A stretch of DNA of 53,513 nucleotides, from assembly GCA_031396425.1 (NCBI GenBank), contig JANNKS010000051.1:1-53513 (forward strand), read 5' to 3'. Under the pieces are notes generated by a model that saw nothing but the letters and a program-made list of their open reading frames with translations, ran no database searches and was not told where the DNA came from. Position 1 is the first letter of the stretch. The number at the start of each line of letters is the position of its first letter. Below, in pieces: positions 9,431 through 16,996 of the stretch. A program made the position numbers and the translations under genes. The DNA comes from Rhizobacter sp. GTDB taxonomy: Bacteria; Pseudomonadota; Gammaproteobacteria; Burkholderiales; Burkholderiaceae_C.

Positions 9431-10187
9431 CCCGAGCACGCCGCAGCGCAGCGTGCTGATCACCGGCGCCAGCCGAGGGATCGGCGCTGCGGCGGCCCGG
9501 CTGTGCGCGCGCCAGGGCTGGGCGGTGGCCGTGAACTACGCGAGCGATGTTCAAGCGGCTCGGCAGGTGGTGCAGGCGATTCGCGACGCGGGTGGTACGG
9601 CGCTCGCGCTGCAGGCCGATGTGGCCGACGAAACCCAGGTGCTCGCGCTGTTCGCACGCATCGACGCCGAGTTGCCGCCGCTCGGCGCGCTGGTCAACAA
9701 CGCCGGCGTGGTCGACCGGCCGAGCCGGGTCGACGCGATGAGCGCGGCGCGCCTGCAGCGCATGTTCGCCATCAATGTGTTCGGCAGCTTCACCTGCGCC
9801 CGCGAAGCCGTCAAGCGCATGTCCACGGCGCATGGCGGCACGGGTGGCGTGATCGTGAACCTGTCGTCGGCCGCAGCGCGCCTGGGCGCACCCGGCCAGT
9901 ACGTCGACTACGCCGCCGCCAAAGGCGCGATCGACACCTTCACGATCGGCCTGGCGAAAGAGGTGGCCGCCGAGGGCATCCGCGTCAACGCGGTGCGCCC
10001 GGGCATCATCGCCACCGATATCCATGCGTCGGGCGGCCAGCCCGACCGCGCGCGCCAGCTCGCGCCCCAAGTGCCGATGCAACGTGCCGGCAGCGCCGAG
10101 GAAGTGGCGCAGGCGATTGGGTGGCTGTTGTCGGAAGCTTCGAGTTACACCACCGGCACCATCCTTGATGTGGCCGGCGGGCGCTGA
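9414..10187 (+). CDS. SDR-family oxidoreductase
   Basis: Start at GTG 9414 gives 12 aa before 'SVLITGASRGIG' (TGxxxGIG). 'NNAG' and the 'S...YAAAK' catalytic Ser/YxxxK are present. The start overlaps the FHA-gene stop by 17 nt. Confidence 0.85.
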   Translation: MAKTTDPSTPQRSVLITGASRGIGAAAARLCARQGWAVAVNYASDVQAARQVVQAIRDAGGTALALQADVADETQVLALFARIDAELPPLGALVNNAGVVDRPSRVDAMSAARLQRMFAINVFGSFTCAREAVKRMSTAHGGTGGVIVNLSSAAARLGAPGQYVDYAAAKGAIDTFTIGLAKEVAAEGIRVNAVRPGIIATDIHASGGQPDRARQLAPQVPMQRAGSAEEVAQAIGWLLSEASSYTTGTILDVAGGR

Positions 10188-10196
10188 CCGCACCTA

Positions 10197-12542
10197 TCAA
10201 ACCGCGAGCAGCATCTGCATCAGGTTCGGCAGCCCGCGCCCCTGGTGATAACGGTCGCGCCCGAGGTCGATACAGGCGTCGAGCAGGATGCGCTTCACTT
10301 CGTCGGGGCGACCGATGAATTCGCGCCGCACCGACAGGAACGCCGCAAGCAGCCCCGAGACGTGGGGTGCGGCCATGCTGGTGCCGCTCTCGACGCGGTA
10401 CAGGTCGCCTTTGCCGGCACGAAAGCTCGCGTTGCACGAGCTGATGCGCTCGCCCGGCGCCACCACGTCGGGTTTGGGCCGGCCGTCGGCGGTGGGCCCG
10501 CGCGATGAGAACGAGGACACGCCGTACAGGTGCGGCTTGTCGGCGTGCACCGAGCCGACCGCGATGCAGTCTTCCAGGTTTGCCGGGTCGCCGATCGACA
10601 TCGCGGTGTTGAGGTCGACTTCACCGCCGGCGGTCTGCACCTGCAGCTGGCCTTCGTTGCCGCAGGCCACCACCACGAGAACGCCGTCGCGCCACTGGCG
10701 GCGCAGTTCGGCGCAGATCGGCGAAAAGCCGCAGCCGTAGACGGTGGCGTCGAACGGCCCGCCCAGGCTGAGGTTGATACCGTGCAACTGCACCGTGGCA
10801 CCGCTGTTCGCGTTGCGCTGGGCGATGTGGTCGAGCGCCTTGATGATCCAGGCGTCTTCACCCTCGCCCTGGTCGTCGAGCACCTTGTAGACCACCAGCG
10901 TCGCGCGCGGCGCCACACCGCGGTGCGGGCCCGCTGCTTCCTTGCCGCTGATGATGCCCGCCACGTGAGTGCCATGGCCATCGGGATCTTGCGCCTTCGC
11001 AATCGACACCGGCTTGCCGGGTTGGGTGCAGTCCCACACCGCCTCGATCAGGCTGCCATTGCCGTCCATGGCTGCCTTGAAATGCGGATGGTCAGCGCGC
11101 ACGCCAGTGTCGAGCACGGCCCAGGTGATGCCCTGGCCCGCCGCACCGAAACTCGCCAGCGCGGCGTCGGCTTTCAGTGTTTGCAGGGACCGGGCGGTGA
11201 GCTTGGCCTTGCGCGAACTGCGCCACACCGCGTAGACGCGCAATTCACGGTGCGCGGCCGCCACGGTGCGCAGTTCCTCGGCAGTGAGGTGTGCGGCAAC
11301 AAAGCGCTGCAACGGGTCGATGCGGGCGGCCGCCTTGTCGCTGACCAGCGTTTCGAGCTGCGCGGCCACCTGGACGACACGATCGGCAAGCTGCAAGGGT
11401 GCAGGCGCGGACGCGTGCCCCTTTTCCGGCGCTGCCGCTTTCATCGTGGCATTCGCGGTCGCCGTTCGGTGTTCGCGTTGGCGGGTGCGCTCCGGGGTTT
11501 CGTCGAGCGCCGAGTAACCCGGCTCCAGCACCTCGATCAGCACCGGGTGGCGCAGTTGGGGTTCGGTGCCGAGCAACTCCGCGACATCGCGTGCCAGGAC
11601 GAAGCGCGCCATCGGGTCCATTCGCAACAGGTCGTGCACGACCCGGCGCACGCTCGCATGCGCCAGGTAACCCACCGCCGAATGCGGGTCGAGTTCGAGC
11701 AACGAGCGGCTGCGCGTATTGACGATGCGCTGGTCACGAATGAAGCCGCTTGGAACGAAGTCGCCGCTCAGGCCGGCGTCGAGCGCCACCGGGTCGAGCG
11801 GATCGGAAAAGTTGTGCCATTGCGCCAGCGTCGCGGGCACCTTCCGGCCGGGCGGAGCCAGGAAGTCCTGCACTTCGGCTATGCCCAGCGGCGAGCCCAG
11901 CGTGATCAGTTGCACGACCCGCTGCGAGCGCGGCGCCAGTGCGGCCAGGCCCTCGTACGCGATCACCGAACCGAGGCTGTGCGCGATGATCGTCACCGGC
12001 GCGGTGTGGTCGTCCAGCGCGGCGGCGAACCGCTGCTGGATCCGGGCGCGCTGAGCAGGGTTGAACAAATAGGCCGCTGCGTCGCCGACGAGTGCTTCGA
12101 GAAAATGCCGCGCGAGCGGCTTGCGCCAGCTCGCGGGCAGCGGCAGAACGCGCTTGCGCGGGCCACCCGACGCGCCGTCACGGACACCGACCCCGGCTCG
12201 CGTCAACAACGCCGCGGCGAGTTCGCGCGCGCCGGGCCGTCCCGGGTCGACCGAAACGCCGCGCAGCAGCGTATCCACGTCCACGCCTTTCGCCGCCGTT
12301 GCGCTCACACGCGCGGCGGCGGGCCGGCCGGTCTGCGGCGGATGCACGATGTCGACCCAGTACACCATGCGGCTGCGCGGCCCCATGTCGCGGCCGAACA
12401 GGGCCAGGTCCCATTCGAGCTTGAGCGCGTCGTTCGGCGTGTGCTGGCCGATGCCGTGCACGTAAAGCAGGCTGGCCGCGGTCTCGGCGCTCTTGGGCCG
12501 GGTTGATCGCGCGCGCGGCGCGGCGGACTTGGGTCGGGCCAT
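10197..12542 (-). CDS. Fusion protein: N-terminal alpha/beta-hydrolase (lipase/esterase-like) domain plus C-terminal S8 (subtilisin-family) serine peptidase; no signal peptide
   Basis: 781 aa, with AGGAG 7 nt upstream of the ATG. The N-terminal domain has 'LLYVHGIG' (oxyanion HG), the nucleophile elbow 'IIAHSLGSV', and later 'FSDPLDPV' and 'LDPHSAVGY'. The C-terminal domain has 'WAVLDTGV' (Asp), 'HGTHVAGIISG' (His), 'ACGNEG' (Asn) and 'ESGTSMAAPHVSG' (Ser). The N-terminus 'MARPKSAAPRARSTRPKSAE' is basic and hydrophilic, not a signal peptide. Confidence 0.85.
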   Translation of the reverse strand: MARPKSAAPRARSTRPKSAETAASLLYVHGIGQHTPNDALKLEWDLALFGRDMGPRSRMVYWVDIVHPPQTGRPAAARVSATAAKGVDVDTLLRGVSVDPGRPGARELAAALLTRAGVGVRDGASGGPRKRVLPLPASWRKPLARHFLEALVGDAAAYLFNPAQRARIQQRFAAALDDHTAPVTIIAHSLGSVIAYEGLAALAPRSQRVVQLITLGSPLGIAEVQDFLAPPGRKVPATLAQWHNFSDPLDPVALDAGLSGDFVPSGFIRDQRIVNTRSRSLLELDPHSAVGYLAHASVRRVVHDLLRMDPMARFVLARDVAELLGTEPQLRHPVLIEVLEPGYSALDETPERTRQREHRTATANATMKAAAPEKGHASAPAPLQLADRVVQVAAQLETLVSDKAAARIDPLQRFVAAHLTAEELRTVAAAHRELRVYAVWRSSRKAKLTARSLQTLKADAALASFGAAGQGITWAVLDTGVRADHPHFKAAMDGNGSLIEAVWDCTQPGKPVSIAKAQDPDGHGTHVAGIISGKEAAGPHRGVAPRATLVVYKVLDDQGEGEDAWIIKALDHIAQRNANSGATVQLHGINLSLGGPFDATVYGCGFSPICAELRRQWRDGVLVVVACGNEGQLQVQTAGGEVDLNTAMSIGDPANLEDCIAVGSVHADKPHLYGVSSFSSRGPTADGRPKPDVVAPGERISSCNASFRAGKGDLYRVESGTSMAAPHVSGLLAAFLSVRREFIGRPDEVKRILLDACIDLGRDRYHQGRGLPNLMQMLLAV

Positions 12543-12698
12543 CGGTGCACTCCTGTTCAGTCGGGCGCCCGGCTCAGGTTCGGGCGCCTGCAGCGGGGGC
12601 GGTCAAGGCAAGTTGAGCAACGGTTCGACGCGGCTCCAGATCATGCTTGAAGCGCCACGGCGGATGATGCAACATCGCCCCGCACTTCGGAGCGTCGC

Positions 12699-13103
12699 AT
12701 GGACCAACTCACCGCATTGCAGCAACTTCTGCAGCCCCTGTTCCCCGGATTGATGGGCGTTACGCTGGTGCGCGTCGAGCCCGAAATCGTGGTGGCGACG
12801 ATGCAGGTCCGGCCCGACCTGTGCACCGCTGGGGGCATCCTGCATGGCGGCGCACACATGGCGTTCGCCGACACGCTCGGCGCGGTGGGCACCTTCGTCA
12901 ACCTGGCGCAGGGCAAGCGCACGACGACGGTCGAATCGAGCACGAAATTCATCGCCGGCGCGAAAGAAGGCAGCACCGTGACTGGCGAGTCCATCGCGCT
13001 TCACCGCGGCCGGACCACGATGGTGTGGCAGACCCGCATCACCTCGGACGAGGGCAGGCTGTGCGCGCTGGTGACGCAGACCCAGCTGGTGCTGGAGGCC
13101 TGA
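12699..13103 (+). CDS. PaaI-family hotdog-fold thioesterase
   Basis: 134 aa. 'GGILHGGAHMAFADTLGAVG' and the overall layout match PaaI/DHNA-CoA thioesterase-type hotdog proteins. Confidence 0.85.
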   Translation: MDQLTALQQLLQPLFPGLMGVTLVRVEPEIVVATMQVRPDLCTAGGILHGGAHMAFADTLGAVGTFVNLAQGKRTTTVESSTKFIAGAKEGSTVTGESIALHRGRTTMVWQTRITSDEGRLCALVTQTQLVLEA

Positions 13104-13110
13104 GCGGTGC

Positions 13111-13413
13111 TCAGGCCGATTTGGCGACCAGCGCGAAATGCTCGACCGACGGCGGGGCGGCAAAAAACGGCCCCACGATCGCTCGCCATTGGGGAAACAG
13201 CGGGCCCTGGCGAAAGTCGACGGTGTGGTTCTCCAGTGTGTCCCAGTAGATCATCAGGATGTAGCGGTCCGGCGACTCGACGCCTCGGTTCACCTTGAAG
13301 CCGCGAAAACCCTTAGCCTTGGACGCCACTTCGCTGATGCCGCGCTGAATGGCGGTATCGAATTCGCTGCCTTTGCCGGGAGTGACGCGAATGTCGGCGA
13401 TTTCGAGAATCAT
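13111..13413 (-). CDS. ABM (antibiotic-biosynthesis-monooxygenase-like) dimeric alpha/beta-barrel protein
   Basis: The internal ATG at 13413 gives a 100-aa product, 'MILEIADIRVTPGKGSEFDTAIQRG...RYILMIYWDTLENHTVDFRQGPLF', typical of ABM domains. The upstream part of the 289-aa ORF is Arg/Ala-rich junk. Confidence 0.7.
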   Translation of the reverse strand: MILEIADIRVTPGKGSEFDTAIQRGISEVASKAKGFRGFKVNRGVESPDRYILMIYWDTLENHTVDFRQGPLFPQWRAIVGPFFAAPPSVEHFALVAKSA

Positions 13414-13538
13414 GGCGGCCCTTCGGATGTCAGTGTGGAGGTCGAAGCAGTTTAGCCGCGTGGTCGACAGGCATGCATCGACCCGCCGCGCCTGGCTGGT
13501 TCGCCGACTGCGCGTGCCGGCCCGTGCCGCAGCTTCGG

Positions 13539-14312
13539 TCAGTGCCCGTCGCCGAGGTAAGCCACCTGCACCTCGCGGTTGGTGCGAATGCGTTCGGGCA
13601 GGTCGCTCGCGATCACTTCGCCGTTGACCATCACCGTGATCCGGTCGGCGATGCGGAACACCGCATCCATGTCGTGCTCGACCAGCAGCACCGCATGGTC
13701 GCGCTTGAGCTCGGCAAGCAGCTGTAGCATGCGTGCGGTTTCTTCGGCGCCCATGCCGGCGAGGGGCTCGTCGAGCAACAACACGCGCGGGTGCATCGCC
13801 AGGCACATCGCGATCTCGAGCTGGCGCTTGCCGCCGTGGCTCAAGGTGCCCGCCGTCAAGTGCGCCTGGTCGGCCAGCCCGGCGGCGCGGAGCGCCTGCT
13901 GCGCGACCGGCAGGCTGTGGCGACAGCTGCGCGCCGCTTGCCAGGCAGCCCAGGGCAAGGGCCGCCTCGCCTGCGCGCACAGGCGGCAGTTTTCGAGCAC
14001 GGTGAATTCGGGAAAGATGGTGGTGCGCTGGTAGCTGCGCCCGACGCCGGCGCGCGCCCGGCGAGGCTGCGACCAGGCGGTGATGTCGTGCGCGTCGAAA
14101 TGAATCGTGCCGGTGCTCGGCGGCAGTTCACCCGACAGCATGTTGATCAGGGTCGACTTGCCGGCGCCATTCGTGCCGATCACGGCGTGCACCTCGCCGA
14201 CATGCAGCTCCAGTGAAACGTTGTTCACCGCGGCCAGGCCGCCGAAGCGACGTGTCAGCCCGCTGGCCCGCAGCAGGGCCGCCGTGGCAACAGGGGGCGT
14301 CGACACAGCCAT
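13539..14312 (-). CDS. ABC transporter ATP-binding protein, LivG-like (HAAT family)
   Basis: Walker A 'GTNGAGKSTL', signature 'LSHGGKRQLE', Walker B 'LLLLDEP', and a LivG-type insertion between the Q-loop and the signature. Confidence 0.9.
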   Translation of the reverse strand: MAVSTPPVATAALLRASGLTRRFGGLAAVNNVSLELHVGEVHAVIGTNGAGKSTLINMLSGELPPSTGTIHFDAHDITAWSQPRRARAGVGRSYQRTTIFPEFTVLENCRLCAQARRPLPWAAWQAARSCRHSLPVAQQALRAAGLADQAHLTAGTLSHGGKRQLEIAMCLAMHPRVLLLDEPLAGMGAEETARMLQLLAELKRDHAVLLVEHDMDAVFRIADRITVMVNGEVIASDLPERIRTNREVQVAYLGDGH

Positions 14313-14315
14313 TCT

Positions 14316-15425
14316 TCAGCCCCGCCGCGCGGCGCGGCCACGCGAGCGCAACGTGCCCATCAACCCGACCAGGCCGTGGGGCAGCAGCGCGACGAACGCA
14401 ATGATCGTGATGCCCAGGGTCAGCTGCCAGCGCCCGGCAAGGGGCCCGAGCAGCGCTTCGAGCTGGAAGAGTTCCTTCAGCAGCGTGAAGCTCACCGCGC
14501 CGATCACCGCACCGCGCAGGCTGCCGATGCCGCCGAGGATGATCATCAGCAGCACCGCGCCGGATTCGTGCCAGCTGAGCAGTTCCGGGTTGACCGCGCC
14601 GTCTTTCACCGCCAGCAGGAAGCCCGCCAGGCCGGCCAGCGCACCGGCGATCACGAACGCCGCGAGCTTGTAGCCATAGGTCGGAAAACCGGCGGCCCGC
14701 ATGCGCTGTTCATTGACGCGAATGCCCGCCAGCGCATGGCCGAAGCGCGAGTTGCGCAGCTGTGCAAGCAGCGCGTAGGTGAACACCAGCGCGCCCAGCA
14801 CCGCGTAGTAGAGGTGGTGCTTGTTGTCCAGGTCGAGCCCAGGCGCGGCGCCGAGTTGCAGCACCGGCTTGCTGTACAGAAAAATGCCGTCGCTGCCGCC
14901 GCCGAGCTTGGTATCGTGGAACACGAAGTAGGCCATCTGCGCGAACGCCAGCGTCACCATGATGAAGTAGACGCCCTTGGTGCGCAGGCTCAAGGCGCCG
15001 ACGAACAAGGCGTACAGCGCGGCGGCGCCCATCGCTGCAGGCAACAGCCACAGAACCGACGCGGCACCGCGCTCGCCGGTGGCCAGCACGGTGACATAGG
15101 CGCCGATGCCGAGGAACGCCGCGTGCCCCAGGCTCACCAGCCCGGTGGTGCCCACCAGCAACTGCAGGCTGAGCGCGAAGATCGCCGAAATGGCGATCTT
15201 CACGACCAGTTCCTGCAGGTAGGGCGTCAACATCAGCGGCAGCAGCGCCAGCGCGATCGCCACCAGCACCGGCACGAGGGCAGTGCGCGCGCCGGCCTGC
15301 TGTACAGGCGGCTGCGCCGGGGCGCGATCGCCATGAGTCGCCGGGGCGGTCCGGATTTCCTGGGCTTGCTCCGTGGGCGTGCGACCCTGGTCGTCTGCCG
15401 CGCCGCGATCGCGTTCAGTAACCAC
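14316..15425 (-). CDS. Branched-chain-amino-acid-type ABC permease (LivM-like)
   Basis: Multi-TM protein with LivM-like blocks ('GLVSLGHAAFLGIGAY', 'RVNEQRMRAAGFPTYGYKL'). A hydrophilic extension of about 55 aa at the N-terminus makes the exact start uncertain. Confidence 0.85.
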   Translation of the reverse strand: MVTERDRGAADDQGRTPTEQAQEIRTAPATHGDRAPAQPPVQQAGARTALVPVLVAIALALLPLMLTPYLQELVVKIAISAIFALSLQLLVGTTGLVSLGHAAFLGIGAYVTVLATGERGAASVLWLLPAAMGAAALYALFVGALSLRTKGVYFIMVTLAFAQMAYFVFHDTKLGGGSDGIFLYSKPVLQLGAAPGLDLDNKHHLYYAVLGALVFTYALLAQLRNSRFGHALAGIRVNEQRMRAAGFPTYGYKLAAFVIAGALAGLAGFLLAVKDGAVNPELLSWHESGAVLLMIILGGIGSLRGAVIGAVSFTLLKELFQLEALLGPLAGRWQLTLGITIIAFVALLPHGLVGLMGTLRSRGRAARRG

Positions 15426-16287
15426 GTTTCATCAGCCCCTCGGGCCGCCACACCAGGATGATCGCCATCAGCAGGTACACGCCGATGCCGCTGAGTTCGG
15501 CGAAGAACACCTTGCCGAAGGTGTCGACCGCTCCGACCAGCAGCGACGCGATCAACGCGCCGGTGATCGAGCCGATGCCGCCGATCACGACGACGACGAA
15601 GCAGATGATCAAGACGCTCGAGCCCATGCCCGGATAGACCGACGACAGCGGCGCGGCGATCATGCCGGCCAGCGCGGCGAGTGCGACTCCGCCGGCGAAA
15701 ACGATGCGGTAGAGCAGCGTTATGTTGATGCCCAGGCCGCGCACCATGTCGCGGTTGCTTGCGCCGGCACGGATCATCATGCCCAGCCGGGTGCGATTGA
15801 CGACGAAGTACAGCGCCAGCGCGACCGCCACGCACGCCACCGACGCGAACACCCGGTACCACGGGTAGGACATCAGTTCGCCGAGGCGAAAGCCACCTGC
15901 CAGCCAGGCCGGCGGCTGCACCCCGTGCACGTCGTTGCCCACCAGCATGCTGCGCAGCTCCTCGAACACCAGGATCAGCGCGTAGGTCATCAGCACCTGC
16001 TGCAGATGTTCACGTTCGTACAGGAAGCTGAAGAAGGCCCATTCGAGCAGGAATCCGAATGCCGCGGCGAGCAGCACGCCGACCAGCAGCCGCGTGAAGA
16101 ACCAGTCCCCGAGGTACGGCGCGAGCGCGAACGCCAGGTAGGCGCCGATCATGTAGAAGCTGCCGTGCGCCAGGTTGATGACGCCCATGATGCCGAAGAT
16201 CAGCGTCAGCCCGCTGGCGACCAGAAACAGCAGCAGGCCGTATTGAACGGCGTTCAGGCACTGAACCAGGAAGGTGGGGAAGTCCAT
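15415..16287 (-). CDS. Branched-chain-amino-acid-type ABC permease (LivH-like)
   Basis: 290 aa. 'LLFLVASGLTLIFGIMGVINLAHGSFYMIGAY' is a classic LivH N-terminus. Confidence 0.9.
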   Translation of the reverse strand: MDFPTFLVQCLNAVQYGLLLFLVASGLTLIFGIMGVINLAHGSFYMIGAYLAFALAPYLGDWFFTRLLVGVLLAAAFGFLLEWAFFSFLYEREHLQQVLMTYALILVFEELRSMLVGNDVHGVQPPAWLAGGFRLGELMSYPWYRVFASVACVAVALALYFVVNRTRLGMMIRAGASNRDMVRGLGINITLLYRIVFAGGVALAALAGMIAAPLSSVYPGMGSSVLIICFVVVVIGGIGSITGALIASLLVGAVDTFGKVFFAELSGIGVYLLMAIILVWRPEGLMKRGY

Positions 16288-16890
16288 TCAGCCTTTTCGC
16301 TCAAGCAAGGCGTCGCGCACGAATTCAAGCCGGTCCTGGCCGAAGAACATCTCGGACCCGACAAAGAAGGTCGGCGCGCCGAACACGCCGCGGGCCACCG
16401 CTTCATCGGTCGCCGCAATCAGGCGTGCCTTGACCTCCGCCTGCCCGGCCAGTGCCAGCAATGCTTCGGCGTCCAAGCCGGCTTGCGCGAGCGTCGCGGC
16501 CAGCACCGAGGCGTCGCCCAGGTTCCTTTGCTGCACCCAGATGGCTTTGAAAACCGTTTCGCAAAAGGGCATGAAGTCGGCGGTTCGGACCATCAACAAA
16601 CCGGTGGCGCAGCGCATCAAGGTCAAAGTGTTGATGGGGAAGTGAGGGTTGTGCACCAGCGGCACGCCATAGCGCTTCGCCCAGCGCGCCATGTCGGCGA
16701 ACATCCAGCGGCCCTTCGCCGGCACCGTTACCGGGCTGGCGTTGCCGGTGGCCTTGAATACGCCGCCGAGCAGCATCGGCCGCCAAACCAGTTCGGCGCC
16801 ACAGTCGGCGGCGATTCCGGGCAGCTGCGTGAACGCCAGATAGGTGGTGGGGCTGCCGAAATCAAAGAAAAATTCGACGCTCTTCGTCAT
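16288..16890 (-). CDS. 2-hydroxychromene-2-carboxylate isomerase-like DsbA-fold protein
   Basis: 200 aa. 'VEFFFDFGSPTTYLAF' and 'RGVFGAPTFFVGSEMFFGQDRLEFV' are characteristic of the HCCA isomerase / kappa-GST-like family. Its stop abuts the LivH-like start with zero gap. Confidence 0.8.
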   Translation of the reverse strand: MTKSVEFFFDFGSPTTYLAFTQLPGIAADCGAELVWRPMLLGGVFKATGNASPVTVPAKGRWMFADMARWAKRYGVPLVHNPHFPINTLTLMRCATGLLMVRTADFMPFCETVFKAIWVQQRNLGDASVLAATLAQAGLDAEALLALAGQAEVKARLIAATDEAVARGVFGAPTFFVGSEMFFGQDRLEFVRDALLERKG

Positions 16891-16996
16891 GCGGGTTCCT
16901 TGTTACCCAAGATGCGACCGACCGCACCGAGCCCGCGTACCGCCCCATCGGCCCGGGGTCCGACTTCGGGCCGATGGCCAGGCGCCGCCGTCCGTT

